From NCBI GenBank assembly GCA_041484665.1, contig JBGPIA010000005.1, forward strand, positions 128,001 to 192,000: 64,000 nucleotides of DNA, read 5' to 3'. The notes below the pieces were generated by a model. The model was given only the letters and a program-made list of their open reading frames with translations, searched no databases and was not told where the DNA came from. Shown one piece after another: positions 39,225 to 49,902 of the stretch. The translations under genes were made by a program, and so were the position numbers. The stretch's first letter is position 1; every line of letters begins with the position of its first letter. The DNA is from Candidatus Krumholzibacteriia bacterium. Its GTDB lineage: Bacteria > Krumholzibacteriota > Krumholzibacteriia > JAJRXK01.

Positions 39225-40410
39225 GCGCCCGCATCGCGTCGCGCAGCTTGCCTTCCTCCAGCACGTAGGCGATGCGCGCCTCGTCGCGACCCAGCCCCGG
39301 CGTAGCGTAGAAGCCGTCCGCGGGAGCGATCATCACCGTCTGGCCGTCCAATTCGAAGTCGCGCAGCAGGAACTCGGCGAAGGCGTTCGCGTCGTCGACC
39401 GGCAGCTTGACGCACAGGTAGAACGCGCCTTCCGGCTTGGGCACCGTGACGCCGGGGGTCGCAGCCAGGGCCGCATACACCGTGTCGCGGCGGCGCTGGT
39501 ACTCAGCGATCACCTCGGTCATGTAGCTGGGCGGGACCTCATTGAGCGCCGTGCCGAGGAACTGCGCCAGGGTCGGCGGGCAGAGGCGCGCCTGTCCGAA
39601 CTTCAGGATCGCCCCCAGCAGCTCGCGGTTGCGCGTCACGATGTTGCCGAGGCGGGCGCCACACAGCGAGATGCGCTTGGACAAGCTGTCCACCATGATG
39701 GCGCGGTCTTCCAGCCCGGGCAGCGTGAGCACCGACCGCTGCCGGCGGCCGTCGTAGGCGAACTCGCGGTAGACCTCGTCACACACCAGGTACAATCCGC
39801 GGTCGCGGCAGATGGAGGCGACGCGCTCCATCTCTTCGTCGGTATAGACCGTGCCTGTCGGATTGTTCGGCGTGCAGAGCAGGATGGCGCGTGTGCGCGG
39901 CGTGATCGCACGCTCGATTCGCTTGCGCTCCGGCAAGTGGTAGCCGTCCTCGGCGTGGGTCGCCACGGGTACGGGGCGCACGCCCATCATCGAGGCGAAG
40001 CCGTTGTAGTTGGTGTAGAACGGCTCGAACACGAGCACTTCGTCGCCGGGGTCACAGACGGCGCCCAGCGTGAACAAGATCGCCTCGCTGCCGCCGGTGG
40101 TGACGAAGATCTCTTCGGCGGCGACATCGATGCCACACCGCTGGTAGTAGATCCGCAGCGTCTCGACGAACTCGGGCAGCCCTTGCGACGGGCCATAGGG
40201 GATGTTGTGCGCCTGGAAGGCAGCCAGGCGCTGCAGGACCACCTGGGGCGTCGGGATATCCGGCTGTCCGATGTTCAACGCGTAGACTGTCTTGCCCGCG
40301 GCGCGGGCGGCGGCGGCCAGCGGCGCCAGCCGCCGGATGGGCGAGGCAGGCATCTCCTGCGCGCGCTTGCTGAGGGAGAGACGCTGGCTCATGCGGGCCT
40401 CCGGCTGCAT
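39178..40410 (-). CDS. PLP-dependent class I/II (aspartate-like) aminotransferase
   Basis: LNIGQPD, TTGGSEA, PNNPTG, DEVY, SLSKR...GARLG; SD GGAGGAG; alternative start at 40392. Confidence 0.92.
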   Translation of the reverse strand: MQPEARMSQRLSLSKRAQEMPASPIRRLAPLAAAARAAGKTVYALNIGQPDIPTPQVVLQRLAAFQAHNIPYGPSQGLPEFVETLRIYYQRCGIDVAAEEIFVTTGGSEAILFTLGAVCDPGDEVLVFEPFYTNYNGFASMMGVRPVPVATHAEDGYHLPERKRIERAITPRTRAILLCTPNNPTGTVYTDEEMERVASICRDRGLYLVCDEVYREFAYDGRRQRSVLTLPGLEDRAIMVDSLSKRISLCGARLGNIVTRNRELLGAILKFGQARLCPPTLAQFLGTALNEVPPSYMTEVIAEYQRRRDTVYAALAATPGVTVPKPEGAFYLCVKLPVDDANAFAEFLLRDFELDGQTVMIAPADGFYATPGLGRDEARIAYVLEEGKLRDAMRALTAALQVYPGRVGRG

Positions 40411-40608
40411 CGGGTCTCCTCCATCGCTGGCCGCGGCCTGCAACGCGGCGATCCACCCCAACAAGATGGTGCGCAGCAGGGCGCGAGTCTAGCAGAGGCT
40501 CGTCCGGCCGTCAGGTGGCGCAACGCCGGGTCGGGCAATGCAGCGCGGGAGATGGCGGCGCCGCGCGGCCGGTCGGTGCAGCGACGGCTCGGGCATCGCC
40601 GCACCCGG

Positions 40609-41535
40609 TCAGGCCGTCTCGCTGCGCGGGTCGAAGGCGTCGCGCAGCCCGTCGCCCAGGAAATTCAGCGACAGCAGCGTGAGCCCCAGGGCCAGCCCGG
40701 GGAACAGCACCAGCCACCAGCTTGTGCGCACGGCGTTGATGGCGGCGGCGCCTTCGCTGGCCAATGAGCCCCAGCTGGCCGCCGGAGGCTGCACGCCCAG
40801 GCCCAGGAAGCTCAGGAACGCCTCCTCCAGCATCACCGCCGGAATGGTGAGGGTCGCGTAGACCAGCACCGGGCCGAGCATGTTGGGCAGCAGATGCCGC
40901 AGCACGATGCGCCGGCGGGGGACTCCCAGGGCGCGCGCGGCCTCCACGAACTCGCGGTCCTTCAGCCGCTTGATCTCCCCGCGCACGATGCGGCTCATGG
41001 TGAGCCACTGCACGGCCCCCAGCGCCACGAACAACAGCACCAGGCTCTGGCCGAAGTACGCCACCAGCAGGATCACGAAGAACATGAACGGCAAGCCGTA
41101 CAACATGTCGACCACGCGCATCATGATATTGTCGAGCCGCCCGCCGGCCCAACCCGCGATCGTGCCCCACGTCACGCCAATCAGCAGACTCACCAGAGTC
41201 GCCACCAGGCCCACCGCCAGGCTCAGGCGGCCGCCGTAGAGCACCCGCGTGTAGAGGTCGCGCCCGTTGGGGTCCGTGCCGAACGGGTGGTGCAGGCTGG
41301 GAGGCTGATACTGGCCCGCCAGGTCCTGGGCGGAGAAACCGTAGGGCGACAACAGCGGCGCGGCGACCGTCGCCACCACCACCAAGCCCAGCACGCCGGC
41401 GCTCACCGTGGCGGCCGTGTTGTGGCGCAGGCGGCGCAACGCCTGGCGCCAGGGGCCCGGCGACGCAGCGCGCGCAGGCGTAGCGGCGGCCGGGACGGCG
41501 ACGGCTTCGCCGCCAGCGTTGGGCGCGGCCGCCAT
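40609..41535 (-). CDS. oppC: Oligopeptide ABC transporter permease
   Basis: HPFGTD.NGRD, EFVEAARALG, RHLLPN, FLGDGLRDAFDP. Confidence 0.92.
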   Translation of the reverse strand: MAAAPNAGGEAVAVPAAATPARAASPGPWRQALRRLRHNTAATVSAGVLGLVVVATVAAPLLSPYGFSAQDLAGQYQPPSLHHPFGTDPNGRDLYTRVLYGGRLSLAVGLVATLVSLLIGVTWGTIAGWAGGRLDNIMMRVVDMLYGLPFMFFVILLVAYFGQSLVLLFVALGAVQWLTMSRIVRGEIKRLKDREFVEAARALGVPRRRIVLRHLLPNMLGPVLVYATLTIPAVMLEEAFLSFLGLGVQPPAASWGSLASEGAAAINAVRTSWWLVLFPGLALGLTLLSLNFLGDGLRDAFDPRSETA

Positions 41536-42452
41536 CAGCCCAGCTCCACGCGCGGGTCCAACGCGCTGTAGAGCACGTCGACCAGCAGATTGAGGGCGAT
41601 CAGCAGGGCGCTGTAGAGCAGGACGGTTCCCATGGCCAGCGTGTAATCGCGATTGAGCGCTGCATTGACCAGGAAGCTCCCCAGCCCCGGGACCGAGAAG
41701 ATCTGCTCGACCACCACGCTGCCCACCAGGATCGAGGCGGTGGCCGGGCCCAGGTAGCTGATCACCGGCAGCAGCGCCGGCCGCAGCACGTGCTTGAGGA
41801 CGACCTGGCGCTCGGACAGCCCCTTGGCGCGCGCAGTGCGCACGAAGTCCTGCCCGACGACCTCCAGCGCTCCGGCGCGCATCAAGCGTGCGATGGTCGC
41901 GGCCCGCAGCGCCCCCAGCGTCACGGCAGGCAGGAGCAGCTGCTGCAGGCTGCCGATCCCGCCCACGGGCAAGAGCCGCAGCTGGAACACAAACACGATG
42001 ATCAGCAGCGGCCCGAGCACGAAGTTGGGCACGCAGATGCCCAGGAGCGCGATCCCCATCGCCAGGCGGTCGGGCCAGCGGTTGTGGCGCAGCGCGGCGA
42101 TCAACCCCAGCGGGATGCCTGTGACGAGCGCCATCGCCAGCGCGAGCACTCCCAACGTCAGCGACACGGGGAACGCCTGGGCGATGATCTCGCGGACGCT
42201 CCAGCCCACGTACTTGTAGCTGGGGCCCAGATCGCCGTGCAGCAGCCCGCCGACGTACAGCGAGAGCTGCTGCGGCAACGGCTGGTGCAGGCCGTAGCGC
42301 GCCTCGAGGTTGGCCTGCACGGCCGGCGGCAGCGCGCGCTCCGTGTCGAAGGGCCCGCCCGGGGCCAGCCGCATGAACAGGAACGACCCCACGACGATCG
42401 CCAGCAGAAGCGGGATCGTGGAGAGCAATCGGCGCGCGAGGAACGATCTCAT
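41535..42452 (-). CDS. oppB: Oligopeptide ABC transporter permease
   Basis: APGGPF, GDLGPS, DFVRTARAKGL, NRDY, LDPRV. Confidence 0.92.
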   Translation of the reverse strand: MRSFLARRLLSTIPLLLAIVVGSFLFMRLAPGGPFDTERALPPAVQANLEARYGLHQPLPQQLSLYVGGLLHGDLGPSYKYVGWSVREIIAQAFPVSLTLGVLALAMALVTGIPLGLIAALRHNRWPDRLAMGIALLGICVPNFVLGPLLIIVFVFQLRLLPVGGIGSLQQLLLPAVTLGALRAATIARLMRAGALEVVGQDFVRTARAKGLSERQVVLKHVLRPALLPVISYLGPATASILVGSVVVEQIFSVPGLGSFLVNAALNRDYTLAMGTVLLYSALLIALNLLVDVLYSALDPRVELG

Positions 42453-44245
42453 CGGGAGCGTCCGGATGCTACCGCCGGGGCGGCCGCACCGACGGCACCG
42501 ACCCCACCGACGGCACCGACCGCACCCACCGCGCCGACCGCGCCTGCGGCAGACGCCTTGGCCGTGGTGCGCCGGACCATCTTCAGATCCAGCAATCCCA
42601 GCAGATTGGGCTGCAGCCCCTGCCAGCGCGCGCCGTCGAATAGCCGGGTCTCCACGAAATAGTACACAGGCAGGATGATGCACTCGCGCTGCGTCACGAT
42701 CTCCTCGCAGCGGCGCAGAAGCTCCATGCGCCGCGCCACCTCCAGCGTGCGAGCGGCGCGCGCGATCAAGCTGTCGTACTCGGCGCTGGCGAAGCCGGTG
42801 CGGTTGTTGCCGCTACCGCTCGACCAGATCTCCAGGAAGGTGTTGGGATCGAGGTAGTCGCCGGTCCAGTTGCCGCGGGCAATGTCGTAGTCAAGCTCAC
42901 GGGTGGTGGCCATGAAGACCTTCCACTCCTGATTGCGTAGCTCGACGTGGATGCCCAGCTCCTTGCTCCACTGCTGCTGCACGACCTCGGCGATCTGCTT
43001 GCTCGACTCGCTGGTGTTGAACAGCAGGGTGATGGTGGGGAAGCCCCGCCCGTCCGGAAACCCGGCCTGGGCCAGCAGGTCGCGCGCCAGCTCGGGCTGG
43101 TAGCCGGCCAGCTGCGCCTCGGTGTAGCCGGGCATGCCTGGCGGGACCAGGCTGTGTGCCGGCTGCTGGCCGCCGCGCGTGACGTGCTCGACGATGGCCT
43201 GCGCGTCTACGGCGTGGTAGAGCGCCATGCGCACGCGCACGTCGGACAGCGGTGGCCGCGTCACGTTGAACCGGTAGAAGAACGTCGTGAGGTTGGGCGA
43301 GCTGTGGAAGTCGGCTCGCGTACGCAGCTGGTCGACGATGGCCAGCGGGATGCCCGAGCCGTCCACCCAGTCGAGCACGCCGCTCGTGTAGCGGTTGAAG
43401 TTGCCGTTGATGTAGTCGCCGGGCAGCGCGTCCACCACATCCAGGCTGATCGCGGAGGCGTTCCAGTACGTGGGGCTGCGCTGCAGACGCATGCGGCGGT
43501 TGAGCTGCCAATCGGCCAGCACGAAGGCGCCATTGGTCACGATGTTGCCCGGGCGCAGCCAGCGGTCACCCTGCTGCTCGACGGCCCAGCGCGGCACGGG
43601 CAACAGCGACGGCAGCGCGCAGAGGTCCAGGAAGTAAGGCGTGGGGCTCTCCAGCCGCACGACGAACGTCGAGTCATCGGGGCAGCGCAGCCCGAGCTGG
43701 CCCGGATCGCGCGACTGGCCGGCGTTGAACGCCCGCGCCCCCTCCAGCGGGTAGAGGATGCCGGCGTACTTGGATGCGGTCGCCGGCTCCAGCAGCCGGG
43801 TCCAGGCGTAGTGGAAATCAGCGCTGGTGACGCGGCGCCCGTCGCTCCACGCGGCGCGCCGCAGGTGAAACGTGTAGTTGCGGCCGTCGGCGCTGACCTC
43901 CCACGCCCGTGCCATCCCGGGCGCGGGGGCCAGCGTCTGCGGATCGCGCGTGGTGAGACCTTCCCAGAGATTCAGCGCAATGATCCCGCCATTGGGGTCG
44001 CTCACCAGGCCGGGGTCGATCGTCTCGGGCTCGCGATTGAGGAAGGTGAAGTCGGCCAGGTCCTCGTGCAGCCCGCAGCCGGCGCAGAGCAGCGCAGCGG
44101 CCAGCAGCGAGGCAATGAGGCGCAACGTCGCGATGGCGCGCAGGCGTACCGCGCGGTATCGTGCCCGCCGCTGTGCCGCCGCGGGGCCCGCCGCCCGGGC
44201 AGCGCCGGCTGCGAAGCGCGTCCGATCGCTGTTGCGCAGAGTCAT
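42449..44245 (-). CDS. oppA: Oligopeptide ABC transporter substrate-binding lipoprotein (start uncertain)
   Basis: Lipobox CAGC; EPETIDP, WSDG.RVT..DF.YAW.R, NGAF, W.GDY.DP.TFL; C-terminal GAV repeats. Confidence 0.9.
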   Translation of the reverse strand: MTLRNSDRTRFAAGAARAAGPAAAQRRARYRAVRLRAIATLRLIASLLAAALLCAGCGLHEDLADFTFLNREPETIDPGLVSDPNGGIIALNLWEGLTTRDPQTLAPAPGMARAWEVSADGRNYTFHLRRAAWSDGRRVTSADFHYAWTRLLEPATASKYAGILYPLEGARAFNAGQSRDPGQLGLRCPDDSTFVVRLESPTPYFLDLCALPSLLPVPRWAVEQQGDRWLRPGNIVTNGAFVLADWQLNRRMRLQRSPTYWNASAISLDVVDALPGDYINGNFNRYTSGVLDWVDGSGIPLAIVDQLRTRADFHSSPNLTTFFYRFNVTRPPLSDVRVRMALYHAVDAQAIVEHVTRGGQQPAHSLVPPGMPGYTEAQLAGYQPELARDLLAQAGFPDGRGFPTITLLFNTSESSKQIAEVVQQQWSKELGIHVELRNQEWKVFMATTRELDYDIARGNWTGDYLDPNTFLEIWSSGSGNNRTGFASAEYDSLIARAARTLEVARRMELLRRCEEIVTQRECIILPVYYFVETRLFDGARWQGLQPNLLGLLDLKMVRRTTAKASAAGAVGAVGAVGAVGGVGAVGAAAPAVASGRSR

Positions 44246-44304
44246 CACGCGGTGCCGGTGGGGGCGGGGCCGGCGGCGCATTGTAGCGCAGCCCCGGGCG
44301 GACC

Positions 44305-45642
44305 ATGAACCTCGATCGACCACTCCTCGCGCGGATCCTGCGGCTGGGCACGCCGGTGGTCCTGGGGACCATCAGCGCGACCACCATGGGTCTGATCGAC
44401 ATGGCGATGGTGGGCCGGCTGGGCCCTGCCTACCTCGCGGCCGTGGGGCTGGCGACCAACCTCTTCAGCACCGTGGTCCGCACGACCCTCGCGTTGGGCC
44501 AGGCAGCCCAGACGCTCACGGCGCGGCGCGTCGGCGAGTCCCGCGAGGCAGCCGTGGGGGAGGTGGTGGACGTGGCCCTCACGCTGGGAGTGGTCGTGGG
44601 TGTGGCCATCACGGTGCTGATGGCGCTCGCTGCGGGGCCGGCCATGGGGCTGTTGGCCCACCAGCCCGAGCTGGCCCGGCTGGGTGCGGGCTACATCATC
44701 TGGCGGGCGCCCGAGGCGCTGTTCCTGATGCTGTTGTTCGTCTACCGGGGCTTCTTCGAGGGGATCGGCCGCACGGCGGTGCCCGCCCTGGTGGGCGTGG
44801 TCACCATGCTGTGCAACGTGGCGCTCAACTGGTGTCTGATCTACGGCAAGCTGGGGATGCCGCGGATGGAGGCGAGGGGGGCGGGGCTGGCCTCGGCGCT
44901 GGCGACCTTGATCGGTGCGCTGTTGCTCGCGCTGCTGGCCCGCTCGGCGGGCCTGCGCCAGCGATTCGACCTGCGGCTGCGCCCGAGCTTGAAGGCCGCG
45001 ATCCTGCGCCCGCTGTGGCGCGTGGCCTGGCCCGGCGCCCTACGCACGTTCCTCGTGATCCTGAGCTTCACCTTGTTCCTGGCCATCATCGAGCGACTGG
45101 GCACCGTGCAGTTGGCGGCCAGCAACGGCGTCATCCTGATCCTGAGCTTCAGCTTCATGCCGGCAATCGGCGTGGGCACCGCGGTGGCGACCCTGGTCGG
45201 CCAGAGCCTAGGCCGCCATGACGTCGCGGCGGCGCGGCGTACGGGGTGGCATGGCGTGCTGGTGAGCGTGGCCTTCATGGGGATCATGGGCGTGCTGTTC
45301 CTCTCGGCTCCGCGGCCGTGCCTGCGCCTGTTCACCAACGATCCCGAGATCCTGGACGTGGGCGTGCCAGTGCTGCGTTTGATGGGGCTGGTGCAGATGT
45401 TCGACGCCACCGGACTCACGCTCGCGGGGGCAATCGGTGGGGCGGGGCACACGCGGCTGGTGATGCTGGCCGACGTGGGGAGCGCCTACCTGCTGTTCCT
45501 GCCGCTGACCTGGCTGATTGCCCTGCGCCTGCACCACGGGCTCATGGGCGCCTGGCTCGCGGCGATGATCTGGTTCTTCGTCTTCGCGGTGCTGATGGTG
45601 CTCGCCTGGGCACGCGGAGGTTGGGCGCGGGTGCGGGTGTAG
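44305..45642 (+). CDS. MATE family efflux transporter
   Basis: D.AMVGRLG..LAAVG, LIYGKLGMP.ME..GAG, LVGQSLG; about 12 TMs. Confidence 0.92.
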   Translation: MNLDRPLLARILRLGTPVVLGTISATTMGLIDMAMVGRLGPAYLAAVGLATNLFSTVVRTTLALGQAAQTLTARRVGESREAAVGEVVDVALTLGVVVGVAITVLMALAAGPAMGLLAHQPELARLGAGYIIWRAPEALFLMLLFVYRGFFEGIGRTAVPALVGVVTMLCNVALNWCLIYGKLGMPRMEARGAGLASALATLIGALLLALLARSAGLRQRFDLRLRPSLKAAILRPLWRVAWPGALRTFLVILSFTLFLAIIERLGTVQLAASNGVILILSFSFMPAIGVGTAVATLVGQSLGRHDVAAARRTGWHGVLVSVAFMGIMGVLFLSAPRPCLRLFTNDPEILDVGVPVLRLMGLVQMFDATGLTLAGAIGGAGHTRLVMLADVGSAYLLFLPLTWLIALRLHHGLMGAWLAAMIWFFVFAVLMVLAWARGGWARVRV

Positions 45643-45790
45643 GGGCGCCGGCGCCTGTTGCGCCGACGCGCGCGGCGGTATCTTCCATTCGCCTCCGCCT
45701 CGGGGAGCGTGTATAACCTCCCCCTGGAGGCGCGCCGCGCACGGCGCGCCACCTCCACGCCTCTGCCTGCCTCCCAGGGAGCCCGTGTCG

Positions 45791-47518
45791 ATGGACGACC
45801 TGCCCCTGTTCGCCAACGCCGATCGCCCGCAGGTCGAGCCGCCGCAGGCCAAGTCCCCGCAGGCCAAGCGCAAGCGGGCCTCCAAGCGCCGCCTTGGCAA
45901 GGATGCCGACCCTGGCCTGGGGCGCGCGGTGGACGGCGCGCCCGAGCCCGCTGCCGCGGAGGCCGGCGCGCCCGGGGCGGGGCCCGCGGCGGTGCCGGAG
46001 CCGGGGCCTTTGGTGAATTCCGACCTGGTCGCCCCCGCCGCGCCGACCACCTGGTCGGTGCTCCAGCTGAATCAGGCGATCGCCTTGGCGCTGGAGGCCG
46101 CCTTTCCCGGCGAGGTCTGGGTCCGCGGCGAGATCCAGGGACTCGATCGCTCGCGCGCGCCGGGCAAGAAGCACTGGTACTTCGAGCTCGTGGAGAAGAA
46201 GGCCGCTCGCGATGAGGTCGCCGCGCGCGTCCCGGTGGCCCTGCTGGAGTGGAACCGCGTGGGGATGCCGCGCGACGAGCAGGACTTCATGCGCCAGGAA
46301 GCCGCCGACGGACGCGAGGTGCGCATCCGCGCCCACATCGGTTATTACGCTCCCTTCGGCAAGCTCCAGCTGGAGATGACCGGCGTCGACCCGGCCTTCA
46401 CGCTCGGCCAGCTCGCTGCCAGCCGCGAGCGCATCCTGCGGACGCTGGCCGCCGAGCGGCTGCTCGAGAAGAACAAGCTGGTGCCGCTGCCGCTGGTCCC
46501 GTTGCGCATCGGGCTGGTCACCAGCATCGGCAGCGCCGCCTACAATGACTTCGTGCAGGAGCTCTCGCGCAGCGGCTACGGATTCCGCGTCCTGGCGCGC
46601 GACGTCCGGGTGCAGGGGGAGGAGACCGAGCCCAGCGTCGTGGCCGCGCTGAAGGATTTCGCGCGGCGCCGGCCCGACGTGGTCGTCATCGTGCGCGGCG
46701 GAGGCTCGCGCAGCGATCTGGCCTGGTTTGACAGCGAGGCGATCGCCCGCGCCATCGCCGCCATGCCCGTGCCCGTGCTGACCGGGATCGGCCACGAGAT
46801 CGATCGCAGCGTTGCCGACGAGGTGGCCCACCAGTACTTCAAGACCCCCACGGCCTGCGCGGCATTCCTCGCCGAGCGCGCCCGCGAGTTCGCGCTGCAG
46901 TTGCGCGGGAGCTGGGAGCAGGTCGCCGGGTTGGCGCGCAGCCTGCTCGACGTACAATCCGAGGAGATCATGCGCGTCGCGGCGACGGCGGGACGGCTCG
47001 CGCGGACCACCGTGCGCGTGCAGGACCGCGCGCTGGCCGAGCGGGCGCGCCGCGTGCGGCGCGAGGCGCCGCGGCTGCTCGAGCAGCACGGTATGCGCCT
47101 GGCGCGGCGCAGCGGCGAGATCGCCGCCGCCGGCCGCCTGCGCGTCGCGCACCAGGCGGCCGGGCTGGCGGCCGCGCGACAGGCGCTGGCGTTGCCGCGG
47201 CTGCTGCGGCCGCTGCTGGCGCGTCACCGCCACGGCGAGGAGCTCGTGGCGCGCGTGCTGCACCTGGCCGGCCTGCGCGCGGCGACGCACCTGGAGCGCA
47301 TGGCCGCCCAGGAGCTGCGCGTGCGCGCGCTGGACCCGCGCCGGGTGCTGGCGCGCGGATTCACGCTGACCAACGACGGCGGCGGGCGCCTGCTGCGCAG
47401 CGCCACCGACGTGGTCCAGGGCGCCACTCTCGTCACCACCTTCGTCGACGGACAAGCGCGCAGCCGCGTCGAGCAGACTCCGTCACGCCCTCCCGGCACA
47501 CAAGGAGAGCCAGCATGA
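45791..47518 (+). CDS. xseA: Exodeoxyribonuclease VII large subunit
   Basis: VWVRGEI, HWYFEL, IGLVTS..SAA..D, IVRGGGS..DL..FD, GIGHE.D, TPTA, LARGF. Confidence 0.93.
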   Translation: MDDLPLFANADRPQVEPPQAKSPQAKRKRASKRRLGKDADPGLGRAVDGAPEPAAAEAGAPGAGPAAVPEPGPLVNSDLVAPAAPTTWSVLQLNQAIALALEAAFPGEVWVRGEIQGLDRSRAPGKKHWYFELVEKKAARDEVAARVPVALLEWNRVGMPRDEQDFMRQEAADGREVRIRAHIGYYAPFGKLQLEMTGVDPAFTLGQLAASRERILRTLAAERLLEKNKLVPLPLVPLRIGLVTSIGSAAYNDFVQELSRSGYGFRVLARDVRVQGEETEPSVVAALKDFARRRPDVVVIVRGGGSRSDLAWFDSEAIARAIAAMPVPVLTGIGHEIDRSVADEVAHQYFKTPTACAAFLAERAREFALQLRGSWEQVAGLARSLLDVQSEEIMRVAATAGRLARTTVRVQDRALAERARRVRREAPRLLEQHGMRLARRSGEIAAAGRLRVAHQAAGLAAARQALALPRLLRPLLARHRHGEELVARVLHLAGLRAATHLERMAAQELRVRALDPRRVLARGFTLTNDGGGRLLRSATDVVQGATLVTTFVDGQARSRVEQTPSRPPGTQGEPA

Positions 47519-47778
47519 GCGCCAAGCCGGCCGCCCAGGCCGATTCCATGCAGCCCGAGACCCGCTACGCCCAGGCCGTGGAGGAGCTCGACAAGATCCT
47601 GAAGGAGCTGGAGAACGACACCATCGACGTGGACGATCTGGCGGCGCGCGTGCGCCGCGCCAGCGAGCTCATCCAGTTGTGCCGCGACCGGCTCACGCGC
47701 ACCAAGATGGAGATCGAGCAGATCGTCAAGGACCTGGAGAGCTTCGAGCAGGAGGCTTCCGAGGAGGAGGGCGGGTGA
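47515..47778 (+). CDS. xseB: Exodeoxyribonuclease VII small subunit
   Basis: YAQAVEEL..I..ELE....DL...V.RA..LI..CR..L; overlaps the xseA stop. Confidence 0.9.
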   Translation: MSAKPAAQADSMQPETRYAQAVEELDKILKELENDTIDVDDLAARVRRASELIQLCRDRLTRTKMEIEQIVKDLESFEQEASEEEGG

Positions 47779-49781
47779 CGGACGTCCCGGCCGCGGCGAA
47801 GGCGGGCGCGGGACCCGACGTGAGCGCCGGCGCGGGCGGCAACGCCCCGGAATCTGCGGGCAACGCCCCCGAGCCCTTCATCCAGGCACGCGACGGAGAA
47901 ACGCCGGACCAGATCGACGCGCGCTGGCTGCGCGACGTCTACCGCGGTGAGGGCGATTCTCAGCTGACGCTGCGCGCGGTCCTCACCGGGGCGCTGCTCG
48001 GCGCGCTCATGGCCCTCAGCAATCTCTACGTCGGCCTGAAGGCCGGCTGGGCCCTGGGCGTGGCCATCACCGCATGCATCCTCAGCCACTCGCTGTGGCA
48101 GGGACTGGTCGGCCTGCGACTGGCGCGCAGCCCGCTCTCGCTGCTCGAGAGCAACTGCATGCAGTCGACGGCCTCGGCGGCCGGTTTCTCCACGGTCTCG
48201 ATCATGGTGTCTGCCGTCCCTGCGTACCTGATGCTCACCGGCGTGATGGTGCGCCCCTTGTGGCTGGTCTTGTGGACGTTCTTCCTATCGATGCTGGGCG
48301 TGATGATGGCGATCCCGCTCAAGCGCCAGATGATCAACCGCGAGCAGCTGGCCTTTCCCAGCGGCGTCGCCGCGGCGCAGACTCTGCGCGGCCTGCACGA
48401 GCGCGGCAGCGAGGCCGTGCGCCAGGCGCGGGCGCTGTTCGCCGCGATGGGCGTGGGCGCGCTCTCGGGCTGGCTCAGCGGCAACACGTTCCGCTGGTGG
48501 AGGCTGCCCCGGCTGCCGGAGTCGCTGTCGTTTCCCGGGCGGCTGGCGGGCTTCCCGCTGTCGGACTACACGATCGGCGTCGACCTGGGTGCCGTCTCGA
48601 TCGCCGCGGGCGCGCTGATCGGGCTGCGCACCACGGTGTGGATGCTGGCCGGCTCGGCGCTCAACTACCTGATCATCGTGCCGTGGCTCTTGCGCAGCGG
48701 GCGGTTGGAGGCCGTCGACTACCGGCTCATCCATCGGTCGTTCAGCCTGTGGGCGGGCGCTGCGATCATGATCAGCGCGTCGTTGACCTCGCTCGCGCTG
48801 CAATGGCGCGTGGTGGGCAGGGGGCTGCGCGAGCTGGCAACGCTGGTTTCGGGCGTGACGCGGCGGCGGCGGGTACAGGAGCAGGCGGGGGCTTTGGCGG
48901 GCGCGGCCGCCGAGGCGGCGCCCCTGCGCCCTGCGGCCCGTCTGGCAGCCCTCGAGCTCCCCGGAGGCTGGTTCGCATTCGGCCTGGTCGCGGCCTCGAC
49001 CGGCATCGTGCTGGTGGGCTACCGCGCGTTCGCCATTGCGCCCGGACTGTCGCTCCTGTCGATCGCACTCTCGTTCGTGCTGGTCATGGTGGCCAGCCGC
49101 GCCACCGGCGAGACGGACATCACCCCCAGCGGCGACATGGGCAAGATCACACAGCTCGTGTTCGGCGTCGTGGCGCCGGGCAGCATGACCGGCAACATCA
49201 TGATGGCCTCGGTCACGTCCGCGGCGGCGGCGTCGAGCTCGGACCTGCTGGTCGACCTCAAGTGCGGCTACCTGCTCGGCGCCAGCCCACGCCCGCAGTT
49301 CCTCGCGCAATTCCTCGGGGTGGTCGCCGGCACGGCGGTCGTAGTCCCGGCGTTCACGCTGATCGTGCCGCGCGCCTCGATGCTCGGGACGCCAGCGCTG
49401 CCCGCACCGGCCGCACAGGCGTGGCAGGCGATGGCCGAGCTGATGATCGCCGGTGCCTCCGTGCTCAACGATACGGCGCGCTGGGGGCTGTTGTTCGGGC
49501 TGCTGGTGGGCATCCTCATCCCGCTCCTGGAGGAGGCCTACCCCAAGCGCGCCCGCTGGATCCCCAGCCCCTTCGGGCTGGGGTTGGGGCTGGTGATCTA
49601 CTTCAGCAACAGCGCGGCGTTCTTCGTCGGGGCGCTGTTGGCGTGGCTCTTCGCGCGGAGGTCGCCGCAGCGGGCGCAGCGTTACAGCGTGCCCATCGCC
49701 AGCGGACTGATCGCCGGCGAGAGTCTGATCGGGGTGCTGCTGGCGGCGTTGATTGCCCTGGGGGTGATGCCGGCGGAGTAG
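47775..49781 (+). CDS. OPT-family oligopeptide transporter
   Basis: QLTLRAVLTG, NLYVGLKAGW, FPSG.AAA, GETDITP, DLKCGYLLGA.PR.Q, SGLIAGES. Confidence 0.92.
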   Translation: MTDVPAAAKAGAGPDVSAGAGGNAPESAGNAPEPFIQARDGETPDQIDARWLRDVYRGEGDSQLTLRAVLTGALLGALMALSNLYVGLKAGWALGVAITACILSHSLWQGLVGLRLARSPLSLLESNCMQSTASAAGFSTVSIMVSAVPAYLMLTGVMVRPLWLVLWTFFLSMLGVMMAIPLKRQMINREQLAFPSGVAAAQTLRGLHERGSEAVRQARALFAAMGVGALSGWLSGNTFRWWRLPRLPESLSFPGRLAGFPLSDYTIGVDLGAVSIAAGALIGLRTTVWMLAGSALNYLIIVPWLLRSGRLEAVDYRLIHRSFSLWAGAAIMISASLTSLALQWRVVGRGLRELATLVSGVTRRRRVQEQAGALAGAAAEAAPLRPAARLAALELPGGWFAFGLVAASTGIVLVGYRAFAIAPGLSLLSIALSFVLVMVASRATGETDITPSGDMGKITQLVFGVVAPGSMTGNIMMASVTSAAAASSSDLLVDLKCGYLLGASPRPQFLAQFLGVVAGTAVVVPAFTLIVPRASMLGTPALPAPAAQAWQAMAELMIAGASVLNDTARWGLLFGLLVGILIPLLEEAYPKRARWIPSPFGLGLGLVIYFSNSAAFFVGALLAWLFARRSPQRAQRYSVPIASGLIAGESLIGVLLAALIALGVMPAE

Positions 49782-49902
49782 TTGCGGGCGGCGCAGGCCG
49801 GCTGGATGGCGTCCGGCGGGCACCGGGCACGGCCTGCCCGTCGCCCGGATCCTCCACGGCAACGACGAAGCCCGAGGGCGGGATGAGGCCGCCAGCCGGC
49901 CC

